DNA of 61,758 nt, counting the filler, from Collodictyon triciliatum (lineage: Eukaryota), in the NCBI GenBank assembly GCA_043381765.1. It is 5 parts of 5 records of this genome, joined end to end, with 100 filler letters (N's around TTAATTAATTAA, not from the genome) between each part and the next. Parts side by side here need not be neighbours in the genome. Positions count along the whole stretch, not along the records: positions 31,489 to 39,641 come from JBHJMP010000293.1; positions 39,742 to 48,675 come from JBHJMP010000294.1; positions 48,776 to 61,758 come from JBHJMP010000295.1; 2 more parts are not named here. One strand, 5' to 3'. The translations under genes were made by a program, and so were the position numbers. The notes under the pieces were generated by a model. That model ran no database searches. It had not been told where the DNA came from and saw only the letters and a list, made by a program, of their open reading frames with translations. Below are positions 37,873 to 61,758 of this stretch, piece after piece. Position 1 is the stretch's first letter. Every line of letters begins with the position of its first letter.

Positions 37873-39520
37873 NNNNNNNNNNNNNNNNNNNNNNNNNNNN
37901 NNNNNNNNNNNNNNNNNNNNNNNNNNNNNNNNNNNNNNNNNNNNNNNNNNNNNNNNNNNNNNNNNNNNNNNNATATTTTTTAAAAAAAAAAACAAAAAAA
38001 AAAAAAAACAACGCAACAAACTAGAAAAAGACTATAAATGAACAATAAATTAGACAAAATTAGACAAAATTAGACAAAATTAGACAAAATTAGACAAAAT
38101 TAGAGAAAACAAAAGGAAAGAAAACCAAATGATACAAAACAAAACAAAAAAAATCACCGAATCCGATGGAAACTGCAAATAATGCAAAAAATAGCATTGG
38201 ATATAATACCCAGCTTAGCATAGATCTTCTGTAATTCCTCTAATTCAACTCTCAATATGCTCTGATTGGCGACATATTTTGCGAAATTCTTTCGCTCTTG
38301 CTGAAAATTATCCACCATGACAGAAAGCCTAACCAAACAAACAAAAAAAAAACCTTGAGAACAATAGACCTTAAAATGGGCAATTGAATTTTAGAAAATA
38401 AACTTTTTATGTCATTTGTATATCTGAATATGCCCAACATCAATAGTTATATCCAATTATATATGCATGCCTCGAAAATTCCTCTTCTAGACTGATTTTT
38501 TGGTCCACAGCTTACAAAGAAAACATATAAATTTCAGTGTCTGATGATTTTAATATATATTTTTTTCAAGCGCATAGTCATGAAAGAATAGAATATGGTT
38601 GCACTCGAAAAAAAGTGGTGTGTTACTTGGGGCGGTTAATATTGGTTCAGATACCTGAGTTAATCTTCCCGCGAAGCTCTGCTTTTTCTGCCTCGGATTT
38701 TTGGACATATGAGCCTAGTCCATCCCATAACTCTCGGATGACTGAAACAGTTTCCTTTCAGATAATGTAGGAGTGATTACAAATGAAGATACATGTCAAA
38801 TGTAGTATATGTCTCTGAAGCCTTGAGACAGATGATACTGTGACTGATTGTTTAGGGTGTATGTTGTCGCGTTGTTCTGTACCAAAATATCTTCTATCGT
38901 TTATATATTTGTAAGAATAGATCATGAAATAGGTGCTCACAGGTGCATCTTGTTGAATCTGGTACAAACACATGGGAATTTTTATTTAGTAATTTTTTAA
39001 AACAAAAGAAAACTCGAATGAGGTATGAGTATGTATCTTTATTTAACGAATAATTACCATTTCCTGTAATTTTTGGAATGCAGCTTCATATAAGATGTCA
39101 GCGTACGATAGTCTTACTGTATGTTGTAATTATTTGGTAATGTCACAAGAATAAAGAGATTTCTATAAGTATCTTTGCTTTTTTAAAAATAAAAATAATA
39201 GCGCATCATCGAGTGTAGAAAGTAAAATAAAAGTAAAAAAAGAATAGAATAGAAAATAATAGAAAATAATAGAAAATAATAGAAAATAATAGAAAATAAT
39301 AGAAAATAATAGAAAATAATAGAAAATAATAGAATAGAAAAGAATAGAAAAGAATAGAAAAAGAAAAAGAAAAATTAACAAACATGATGGATCCACAATG
39401 TCTCCCATTATCATCTGTAATCCTCGCTGAACCTTCTTTTTCAACTTGATGGCATCCTTCCTAGTTCCATGACTCTTGGCAATATGTACGGTTTCCAAAA
39501 CACGAATAGTCTCGCCTAAT
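32765..39520 (-). CDS. Large multi-exon coiled-coil/EF-hand protein of unknown family, 5' truncated
   Basis: Many short minus-strand exons. EF-hand loop DVDRNGAIDVNEL at about 34595-34633, coiled-coil exons near 38.2-38.8 kb and an S/R/P-rich last exon. Boundaries approximate and it could be more than one gene. Confidence 0.55.
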
Positions 39521-39685
39521 ACAACTCAAGCCATCAAATATATTATCATATACATACATACATACATACATACATACATACATACATACATACATACATA
39601 CATACATACATACATACATACATACATACATACATACATACNNNNNNNNNNNNNNNNNNNNNNNNNNNNNNNNNNNNNNNNNNNN

Positions 39686-39697
39686 TTAATTAATTAA
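39686..39697. other. Artificial six-frame-stop assembly linker
   Basis: N44-TTAATTAATTAA-N44. Confidence 0.95.
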
Positions 39698-39966
39698 NNN
39701 NNNNNNNNNNNNNNNNNNNNNNNNNNNNNNNNNNNNNNNNNATAACAATAATAACAATAATACCAATAATAACAATAATACCAATAATACCAATAATACC
39801 AATAATACCAATAATACCAATAATACCAATAATACCAATAATACCAATAATACCAATAATACCAATAATACCAATAATAACAATAATAGCATTAAAAAAC
39901 AATAAATACATGAATCAAATAACCAAGAAGGTGTCGATTCCAAACGAGAAAATCATCACCCCACAG

Positions 39967-41714
39967 ATTTCTTGAGCAAGAACATGAGAAGAGGCTAATG
40001 GAAGGAATGCACGATTCGATGAAAAGAAAAACACAAACCATTTTGTCAATTTTCATTTTGGGCATAGCCGGTGTAGCGATGATATCCCCTGAAAATGGGT
40101 AAGAGCAGAATAGTTTGTAAAGAAATTTGTTTCCTCTTATTTACAATGAATCAGTTTAATTGAGGTGAAAATACCCACATATAATGTATAGTTTTAGTTT
40201 TTCTTTTAATTGAACATAATGACATATTTTCGCAACAACCATTCAATTTCTTGTATACTCTCTAGATTGTACATTCATATAGGATCGGCAGCCATATCTC
40301 TTCTAGCTCTTTTCTTTCTCATAGTTCGATATTCCAATAATCGCCTTAGGTTACTCTTTCAAACTTCTATTCTCCATATGATGTGCTCTTATTCGATATA
40401 ACTATTTCCGTCTATTTTCATCTACGAAGCTCAACAACTATCGCAATAATGCGTTATATATCATGAACCTTGAATTTTCACAGAGTTCACGAGGTAGTAT
40501 GCTGTGTATATGTATCATCCTTTGTCTTACTTAATGCATTGCGATGGTCCATAAAACTTCCCAACATGGCATCTCTTCATTACTTAGTTATAAATGTACG
40601 TATGCGGGATTTATTGTCGTACTTTATCAACAGTTTGCTACGTTATTTGGAACATTAAAATGCCTTGTTAACCAAAATTATTATTTAGCTCTTCTCCTGT
40701 GTATTGAGGATTAGGTTCACTTACTTGGTTATTTTGACCTTGGTGTTCTTTTCTTCATTTTTGGGGATTGCAGTGATGTTTGAACCCAATGTATTTTGCT
40801 TAAGATACGTCATGCCGTTTGCCATTGTCGTGCTTAATGGTTGTCTCGTATCATATCATATGGAAAAGTCAGAAAAGAGGTTAATAACCCAAACGTACAA
40901 TTTACTGAGCATTCTGGTATTTTGCAGATGACTCATACTGACATAATTCTTTCCTTTCCTTTTCTTTTAAAAAAAAGGAAGTATGTGAGCGACTTTATCA
41001 TTAAAGTGTACCAAGAAAAATTGATTCATGAAAGGGAAAGGAATAAATCCATACTAAGGAATTTATATCCAAAGTTAGTATACTTTTTTTTTGTATACCT
41101 ACTATATCGCTTTGTCACTAAGAAACTCATCTCAATTCGATATAGTTTTATTGCAAAATCCCTGGAAAAGGAAAGTGTCAGAAGTCTGCGAAACATCATA
41201 TCAAAAAATACGATTATAATCCAAATCATATTCTATCCGGACGAAAACAAAAGGACAGGGTTCACCCACGAGTCAATTAAACAAACACACCGGTAAGTAA
41301 TAACCATAAGAGAAAAAAGAAAGAGAAAGGGAGTACTGGTACTATTTGAGTGAAACGATAATAATGCAAATAAAATAAAAGAAGCTAAAATCTTATTCCA
41401 TCGTATACTTTCTTACGTTGTTATTTCTAGAATCGTGGACCGAATTTTTTCAAGGTATATCACTACAACATTTCAGTGAATGAATCATATGCATAATTTG
41501 GTAGGGATAGTTTGAAATGTGGAAACAAGAATAGTGATAGGTCTTCTTTTTTTTTTTTNNNNNNNNNNNNNNNNNNNNNNNNNNNNNNNNNNNNNNNNNN
41601 NNNNNNNNNNNNNNNNNNNNNNNNNNNNNNNNNNNNNNNNNNNNNNNNNNNNNNNNNNNNNNNNNNNNNNNNNNNNNNNNNNNNNNNNNNNNNNNNNNNN
41701 NNNNNNNNNNNNNN

Positions 41715-41770
<56 letters not shown>

Positions 41771-43872
41771 AATAAATAAATAAATGACTCCTCTAAATAT
41801 TTATTCATATTTCTGATCACATTCTCTTTTAATTGAATCACTCAACTCCAAAAAAATAATTGGGATCTAAACCATAAAGGGAATTATATCACGGTAAAGA
41901 AAAATACATGCGTTTTGGATGAAACTTTCCCTAAAAATATTCAAGTAAAAGGATTTGAAAAATTTGTAGGCAGCCATCAACCTCTTCGGAGAAAACAAAG
42001 AAAACGATGACATTGCGTTAAAATTGGCGTTTAGCGTCCAGCAATATTTAGTCGTTGCTGGGGTATTTAAAAAAATGAAGAAAAGATAGTGATATGATTG
42101 AATTAATTTTTAATGTAATCGTGTTTAATTGATCACTTCTGATGTCTTGATCAATCAATAAGACACGTGCAACAATCGGTATTGAAAAGGGAACAGCTTA
42201 TGGCTATATAATAAACGGAGAACGTTCTTCTTTTGACATTTTTGGGGAATGTATTACTTTTCCTTAATTGAATATAGATACACTAAATAACTTTTTGAAA
42301 GCCGAATAATGTGGTGATTAATATGAATAGGTGTCGAAAAGAGTAGACAGCTTGCATTATCTTACAAAGCAAACAAAAACAGAATACTCATAGGAAGTTA
42401 TTTTCAGAATCAGATAGATGTGAGAAATCATTTAATAATGTAAGATTTCTTCCAGCATTAATTTTTTTCCTTTTATTAAAATAGCAGAAACAATACGACA
42501 TGAAAAGGATAGCCAGCAGTGACTTTGGTTGGGAAATAATGAAAGAATACTTTGGTCAGGATAGCAATGATGAGGGTGTGCATTCAAAAAATATGGACAA
42601 TGAAAAGTTTTTTGGGCGATGTGATCATTTTACAGATATTGAGGAAGATTTAAGAAACCCTAATATAGTGGATTCAAACGTAAGGGGGTTTTCACTTACA
42701 ATGCATATGTGATTTTTTTATGCCCAAAATGCAATGAATAAAATCAAGATGGTTTATACCATATTGTTGCTTACAACTCTATATTAGACTTCATTAATGG
42801 GGAGAGATACGACTCCGACTGAGAAGAGTGGTCCACCCATAAGCAATCTGAAAAACGAAGACAAAATAAGGCATCAAAGTTATGAAAATATCGTGCGGGT
42901 GTTTCACCAGAGAATCGACACTCATTTAATATCCTTGTAATTCGAATTTACTATCCCAATTTTTTTCTATTGTATTGTATTGTATTGTATTGTATTGTAT
43001 TGTATTGTATTGTATTGTATTGTATTGTATTGTATTGTATTGTATTGTATTGTATTGTATTGTATTGTATTCTAATGTATTCTAAATGAACAAGCAACTC
43101 GCTTTATTAACAGGAAATGAAATTTAGGATACAGGTAGGATTATCCATTACTTCGTTTATTACCTATGGAATCATCGACACAGCTACCCTAAATTGGTGC
43201 AACCTTGTTGGATGGGAAGATGGCGGGCACTTGATTTTCATACGAATATGCATTTTTTTCCCTCTTTCAATCTTTTTATTCCTTTTTCAATCGTACAAGC
43301 TACGAGGACTGGAAGATAAGCACATTTTTGACCTTCACAGGAAGATGCCGATTATATTGAGTTATTTGATGCTTATTTACGTAACAATGAAAAGATTGGT
43401 GATGTTTCAAAATATGGAATATAAGAGGCAGGAGCATGACTTCTTCAGGGATAATTGGACAGAAATGTATCTCGTTGTTGCATACGCAGTCAGTAGCCCT
43501 ATTGTAGGAATGAGGGATGCCACAATACTTATCGCAATCAAATCTTTACTCATTCTACTCACACTGATAATTGATCCATTTTATGAGTATGCTTTCATTT
43601 CATCTTTTCCTTCATTTGCATTTTAGTGCAGATTCAATTATTGAAAATTATATCTCCACTATGAAAATCGATAAAAATTAAATTTCAGCATACTATGCAT
43701 ATCCATATATAATAATTTCACGTTGAATTTTGCTTCCAGGGTCTCAGTATTTCATCGGATACCTTACTTTATAATTTACGAAGTATGCCCTTCGATTACT
43801 TCAATATTTGGACTGCATTATATGATTGCAACAAATAAGAGAGAAGTGGAAGCCCTACTGAGCGAAAATGAT
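39967..43872 (+). CDS. Multi-pass membrane class III nucleotide cyclase-like protein, 5' half (TM block, C1 domain, second TM block)
   Basis: TM exons, ERNKSILRNLYP coiled-coil lead-in, IGIEKGTAYGYIINGERSSFDIFGE, second TM cluster at 43114-43860. Confidence 0.75.
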
Positions 43873-44171
43873 GTAACCCTTTTTTTCCTTTTCCTTTTCC
43901 CTTTATCCTTTTTTCCTTTTCACTTTATCCTTTTTTTCCTTTTTTCCCTTTTTTTCCTTTTTTTCCTTTTTCCCTTTTTTCCCCTTTTTTTCCTTTTTCC
44001 CTTTTTTTCCTTTTTTCCTTTTTCCTTTTTCCTTTTTCCTTTTTCCTTTTTCCTTTTTCCTTTTTCCTTTTNNNNNNNNNNNNNNNNNNNNNNNNNNNNN
44101 NNNNNNNNNNNNNNNNNNNNNNNNNNNNNNNNNNNNNNNNNNNNNNNNNNNNNNNNNNNNNNNNNNNNNNN

Positions 44172-44264
<93 letters not shown>

Positions 44265-44419
44265 CAATCAATACAAACCATAAATAAAATAAATTACTAA
44301 AGTGATTTATGTTTTTGTTGAAAACAGCTTTAACTGCCCCAAAACTATGTGGTCTTCTCCCTTTTTTTCAAATAAAAGAAATAATGATTGCTTGTTAATA
44401 ATCCAACATCGATATTTAG

Positions 44420-46650
<2,231 letters not shown>

Positions 46651-47161
46651 NNNNNNNNNNNNNNNNNNNNNNNNNNNNNNNNNNNNNNNNNNNNNNNNNN
46701 NNNNNNNNNNNNNNNNNNNNNNNNNNNNNNNNNNNNNNNNNNNNNNNNNNNNNNNNNNNNNNNNNNNNNNNNNNNNNNNNNNNNNNNNNNNNNNNNNNNN
46801 NNNNNNNNNNNNNNNNNNNNNNNNNNNNNNNNNNNNNNNNNNNNNNNNNNNNNNNNNNNNNNNNNNNNNNNNNNNNNNNNNNNNNNNNNNNNNNNNNNNN
46901 NNNNNNNNNNNNNNNNNNNNNNNNNNNNNNNNNNNNNNNNNNNNNNNNNNNNNNNNNNNNNNNNNNNNNNNNNNNNNNNNNNNNNNNNNNNNNNNNNNNN
47001 NTTTTTCCTTTTTCCTTTTTCCTTTTTCCTTTTTCCTTTTTCCTTTTTCCTTTTCCCCTTTTCCCCTTTTCCCCTTTTCCTTTTTAATTTGTAATAAGAA
47101 ATATCTGACATATGTTGTTTTCATCTTATCTTTTTCTCATGTCATTATAACTGTTCCGTAG

Positions 47162-48553
47162 CAAATGAATATGCTGCAAAGTGAAATTGAACACACAAAG
47201 GAATGCCTGTTATCTGTGATGCCGTATGAGGTATACAAAGACATAAAGAATAACCAGTATGGAAGCGACAGGGTTTACCCAAATCTTGTGGTTGTCAATA
47301 TTCGTATTGGGTATCTCGATTTGTTTTACATGGGGCTGACGATATCTCAGAGAAAAAGACATACAGATGGTAAAACCTTAATTTGGCACTGAACTTTGTT
47401 TTGATACTTCATAATGGAACACGCCGCGTTTATATTTTTGAGATGTTTCTTTTTCTTTCCCTTGCAGAAATAACTCAGGAGATTGTGAGTCTTTGTCGAT
47501 TGTACAACATGGAATTTTTAAAGAGTTACGGAGCGTCATTTGTGGTTCGTTATACTCTGTTTATCGCCCTAAATCTTATGTATCATCCAATAATTTTACT
47601 TTATCTTTTGAAGATAATTAGTGAGCGTGGCGGCCTGAGTGGAGAGTACACTAGCGAGCCTCTGACCTCATCATTGTCACGCTCGCTTGAATTTGCAATT
47701 CAGGTTTCCATATAGAATTACAGTAATGAAAATAAAAAGTAGATGATTGAGACTTCCACGATTCTCTGTTGGTAATATTAATTCCATATGAAGGTCCAAG
47801 ACCGTTTTTTGAGAGTAGCCTCTGCTGTAAATGGCAAGAAAATCAGCATGCACATCGGTATGTCGTTTGGTCACTGCGTTGGAGGAATTGCAAGTAATAC
47901 AATATCAGATTACATCCCAAAAAAAAGTATCATCACATTTCTAATATTCCTTGCTGCATATTGCAATGATCGAAAGGTCCCGTCCGTTTCTCCTTCGATG
48001 TATGGGGCGAAGCAGGTTACCACCAAAATTGAATAATTTGATTAGAAGCATATATCTGCTTGTTGAGTCTACTTCGCGGCTCGGTTCTTGAACCAGGGCA
48101 ACCAAATAAGGCCAGTTTATTCATGTCTACTACATCCACCCTGTAGCCCTGGAAGCAGAGAAACTTTCACACTTATGCGCAGCTCAAATGATACTGGTAT
48201 AGAAAAATGCGCCCCTCCTTGGCATCCCCATTCCCTGTCATCCTTTTCGAACGATTGAGTATATACTGGAAGTCTTGCTGTTTACAAGAATATACTTTTT
48301 TTTTTTTAGTGTATGCTCCATTTTTTTTTAACAAGTTGCTCCATTTCCTCGACTAACGTAGGTCAGCGACCGAATCCAAGCATGCCGCGAAATCACCAAA
48401 GGCTTTCGATATACCCCCGAAACATCCTCGTATCCCCAGGGCGACTCTAAGCTTCACTACTATGTTGAGAAAGAAAACGATGTTTTTGGACGTTTTATTC
48501 GCTTTATAGATTGGGACACCGACCACTACCTTGAGATGAATCCTATTAAATAA
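47162..48553 (+). CDS. Class III cyclase-like protein, 3' half (C2 domain)
   Basis: ECLLSVMP, MHIGMSFGHCVGGI, RFSFDVWGEA|VESTSRL, TAA at 48551-48553. Joins in phase 0 to ...LLSEND at 43872. Confidence 0.78.
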
Positions 48554-48719
48554 AAGTTCGCTCGTCTCAAGAAAAAATAAAATAAAATAAAATAAAATAA
48601 AATAAAATAAAATAAAATAAAATAAAATAAAATAAAATAAAATAAAATAAAATAAAATAAAATAAAATAAAATAANNNNNNNNNNNNNNNNNNNNNNNNN
48701 NNNNNNNNNNNNNNNNNNN

Positions 48720-48731
48720 TTAATTAATTAA
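48720..48731. other. Artificial six-frame-stop assembly linker
   Basis: N44-TTAATTAATTAA-N44. Confidence 0.95.
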
Positions 48732-48775
48732 NNNNNNNNNNNNNNNNNNNNNNNNNNNNNNNNNNNNNNNNNNNN

Positions 48776-48866
<91 letters not shown>

Positions 48867-50037
48867 CTTCTTTTGCGCATATGGCTTGAATGTATCGCAG
48901 CCAGGGAGATGCGTTTGTCGGTGGAGGATCAGGAGCGGATTGTGAGGCGGCCTCTGTGTGTGGGTGTTCTCTGATCCGGATGGCTGGGTGTGTGGTGAGG
49001 ATTGGATGCGAAAACTGGCTTGTGTGATTTGTGTGTGATGATCATGTGGTTTTCATGGAAGGAGAAAGAGATTATGTGCAGGGTTTTCATTATTTGTGGA
49101 ATTTAAATTATATTCTCATTCAAATGTAAAATAATAATCAATAAAGATAATTCAATGAATTTTGTATAGTATAATATGTGATATATGCGTTATGAAATTC
49201 AATCTCAGAAATCGTGGCATCTGCACCCATACTTAGTATTTAGGCGTTTGAATTTTCGAATCCCACACGTTGCAAATCACAGGCAAGTCAGGAAGCCACG
49301 GAACCTTGAAAAAAAGAAAAACACATCGAAGCGCGCAACGGGACAGAGCTCTCGGCCGCTCTTGTGCGATCACTGCGGGCCAGAAACATCCCACAAGAAA
49401 GTCTTCAAGGTGCCGCCAAACCGCCTTGAGCGGGCTCCTGCAATGGCAAGCCCAAGACACGTCCAGCCCTTTATGTCCTTCTGGTCTCTTTTTCTTCTTC
49501 TTTGTCTTGCTTCTATTCTTCCTCTTGGGATCGGACAACACACCACTAATAATCCTGCTGGACTAACGAGGCTTGGTACCTACTTTCCTGTATTCCTCTC
49601 CCTTTCTTTTTCATCATGGCGGTATGAGTACGGCTGTCTAGGCACTAACAGAGGATTTATATACCGCGCATCAGTCAACCACTGAGCAATTTACGGCTTT
49701 TCACTTTGATCAGTACACCCCTTTCTGGTTTCTCACACTTGGTGCTAGACGCATATGCCTCAAGCTTTATGCTCATCTGTTTCTATCTCTTTCTTCCGCT
49801 CCAAAGCCCTTTTCTCTTGAACAGGATTCTACTTGAGGATCACACGTTGATCAAGATTGTCCCACCTAAAATGACCCATGTTCCCTTCTTCCCCTCGTCA
49901 AAAGCGGCACGCTTTTTATTTATTTTCTTCTATATGGAAACGTTTTCCCCTAGGATATTCCTTTCGATGCAAAGCTTTATCTCACATGCATGCTCTATTT
50001 AGGCTCGGTGTGCTCTGTGGCCTTTGGTGAACAGCAG

Positions 50038-54051
<4,014 letters not shown>

Positions 54052-54167
54052 TACGGTCAGCCTCTTTGTGCTCCGTGTGGAACTCGACTCTGCCTTCTCA
54101 TGCTCGCCATTTTTGTGCCTATCGCAAGTCCATCCTACACCAGCCAATTGTCCGTTGTTGTTCTTTG

Positions 54168-54401
54168 TCCATCACTTTCGCCCATCACTTTCGCCCATCA
54201 CTTTCGTCCATCACTTTCGTCCATCACTTTCGTCCATCACTTTCATCCATCACTTTCATCCATCACTTTCATCCATCACTTTCATCCATCACTTTCATCC
54301 ATCACTTTCATCCATCACTTTCATCCATCACTTTCGTCCATCACTTTCGTCCATCACTTTCATCCATCATTTTCGTCCATCATTTTCGTCCATCACTTTC
54401 A
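54168..54401. repeat. 13-bp minisatellite (TCCATCACTTTCR), about 18 copies, downstream of the YAK1 stop
   Basis: Head-to-tail units with stepwise variants and no spacers. Confidence 0.9.
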
Positions 54402-55089
54402 CCCATTCGCCCGCTTGCTGACTGGACCAGACCGCAACCCTCGCGGCTGGCCGGCGGGGCAGCTGAGTCTGCAATCGGGACACACCGCCCGCGTCACAGC
54501 CCGTTTTACACCACTCAAAGACACTGTACTTTCCCATCCAGAATTATTCCCACTCTGCGCTCGACCTGACCTAATTGCCCCGTGTTCTTCTGCAAAGGAA
54601 GAGACGCTAACAAATATAAAGAATCGCCCCAGCTTAGAAACATGGAGCCACAAAGCGCGCACAAACAGATATCCGGCAACTCTTGGGGCACCGAAAGCGC
54701 AGATTGATGCGGAGAATACACGCACCTTGCCAATGGGCGGTATCGTGGCGCTTGAACCAGACTCTGCTGTCGAAACGAAAGGAATTGTACACAACCGAAG
54801 GCAGGGGATATGGCCAAAGGACAGAAAAGAAAAGCGGGCCTTCGGTGGGGAGCCTGCTCCTCTCTTCGCCTACTTGTCCTTCTGTCCCTACTTGCCGGCA
54901 TGAGAAGGAGAGAGAGAGGGAGAGAGAGAGAGTCTTGCTTCCTCAGAGAATACAAAGAGACCTTGGCGAGAACAAACGAGATCGTCGACCTTGTTCCGCA
55001 AAAGCGCCGCCTCGACCAGCCGGGCGGGCCTTGCGTGTCTTGTGGGACCACACAGCGCTGATTGCTTTTGCTGCAGGTTTGCTCGTCGG

Positions 55090-60872
<5,783 letters not shown>

Positions 60873-61528
60873 GGAGCGCAGTCCGATTCCATTGGGTCGT
60901 CATTTGCAGCGAGGCCTCAATAAAGACCGACGAGGGGCGGATTGGAATTGCTTTTTTGTGAGGTAAACCGTCGAACGCATGCGAAACACAATCCAAAACA
61001 AATATATTCCACATATGTATATGTGGTTCAGACAGAAAATGCAGCCAGACTTCCTTTTTAGGGAAAAATGTATCCATAAGAGGGAACGCGACACGCACGC
61101 GGTTTCTTCTTAATTTCCGAAGAACACAAACATGCGGTTTTCCGTGGTTTTTCTTTGAGCCTGGTGGTTGTTTTGTGGGTGTGCCTGATTTGTGCGTGTC
61201 TTTGGCTGTGCGTTCGCAGAGAGCGGAAGAAACTTTCCGGAAAACTAGAGAAGCGAAAGGAAGTTGAAGGAAATAAGACGGTGGAAGAAACGAGTTCGGT
61301 GGTAAATAATGCGGTGCGTAAGATGCTGCATTGCACAAAGTTTTGCGACTTAAGAGATTGATTTATCCTATCTATCAAGAATTATTCGGCTTCAGTTGCC
61401 CACGCGAGAAGCCCTCTCGGGGGACATCATGTGTACTTGCTTCCCTGAAATAGCGGCTAATCCTGTGCGGAAAGATACACAGCTCCTCGGATACCCACAC
61501 GACAAGAACAGCGCAGGAAGCAAGGGCT

Positions 61529-61692
61529 TCAGCCATGCCGGATATCCATTTGAGGGGTCTGTCCGACTCGCTGGATGGAGTTGTCCGCAGCTCTAGGCAG
61601 GATGTGCTCACCAAGCAGACGTTCAAGCAGCTTCTCAAACGCTACGACAAGTTTGGCTCTTGCTTGATTGTGGCTCGGGTGTGTACAAGGTA
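61529..61692 (-). CDS. Probable last exon of a minus-strand gene extending beyond the window
   Basis: Acceptor ttttcag| after a T-rich tract, then open frame ...QARAKLVVAFEKLLERLLGEHIL...DIRHG*. Confidence 0.35.
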
Positions 61693-61758
61693 CTGAAAAA
61701 ACAAAACAAAACAAAAAAAAACAAAAAACAAAAAAACAAAAAAACGAAAAAAAAACAA

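Noticed and set aside
42929-42936. ATATCCTT, a U12-type donor consensus, in the cyclase gene
   Set aside because: An in-phase GT donor (CGG|GTGTTT) lies just upstream, no AC acceptor is needed, and such 8-mers are expected by chance in AT-rich DNA.
47890-47895. GCAAGT as another GC donor in the cyclase C2 region
   Set aside because: The phase does not match the acceptor, whereas the adjacent A|GTAATA donor restores the frame.
54168-54401. Regular array as a possible CRISPR
   Set aside because: 13-bp head-to-tail units with no unique spacers, no cas genes and a eukaryotic context.

Overview
Intron-rich, microsatellite-rich eukaryotic DNA, probably from a flagellated protist because it encodes an axonemal dynein. 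The species cannot be identified from this window. It is not one continuous locus: four artificial N44-TTAATTAATTAA-N44 linkers join at least five scaffolds, and two further blocks look mis-scaffolded into introns of other genes. Genes rebuilt by reading exons: NOSIP, FAM98, GNL3L/nucleostemin (5' part), MOCS2A and MOCS2B, SOSS-B/NABP, a divergent Arf-like GTPase, an intronless SMP-30-like beta-propeller, PTBP, fidgetin-like 1, a TPR protein, a SANT/Myb fragment, an axonemal dynein C-terminus, an EF-hand protein, a membrane class III cyclase-like protein, MCM7 (part), YAK1 kinase and USP16/45. Most notable observations: (1) MOCS2A and MOCS2B lie in frame with one TAG and 21 nt between them; (2) the TPR gene has eight consecutive 126-nt symmetric exons, one per repeat; (3) a family of ~30-bp A-tailed insertions, at least one with a clear target-site duplication; (4) relaxed splice signals, with 3-4 GC-AG introns and poly(A) acceptors; (5) the cyclase appears to lack catalytic residues in both domains. 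Family calls rest on recalled motifs, not database searches.
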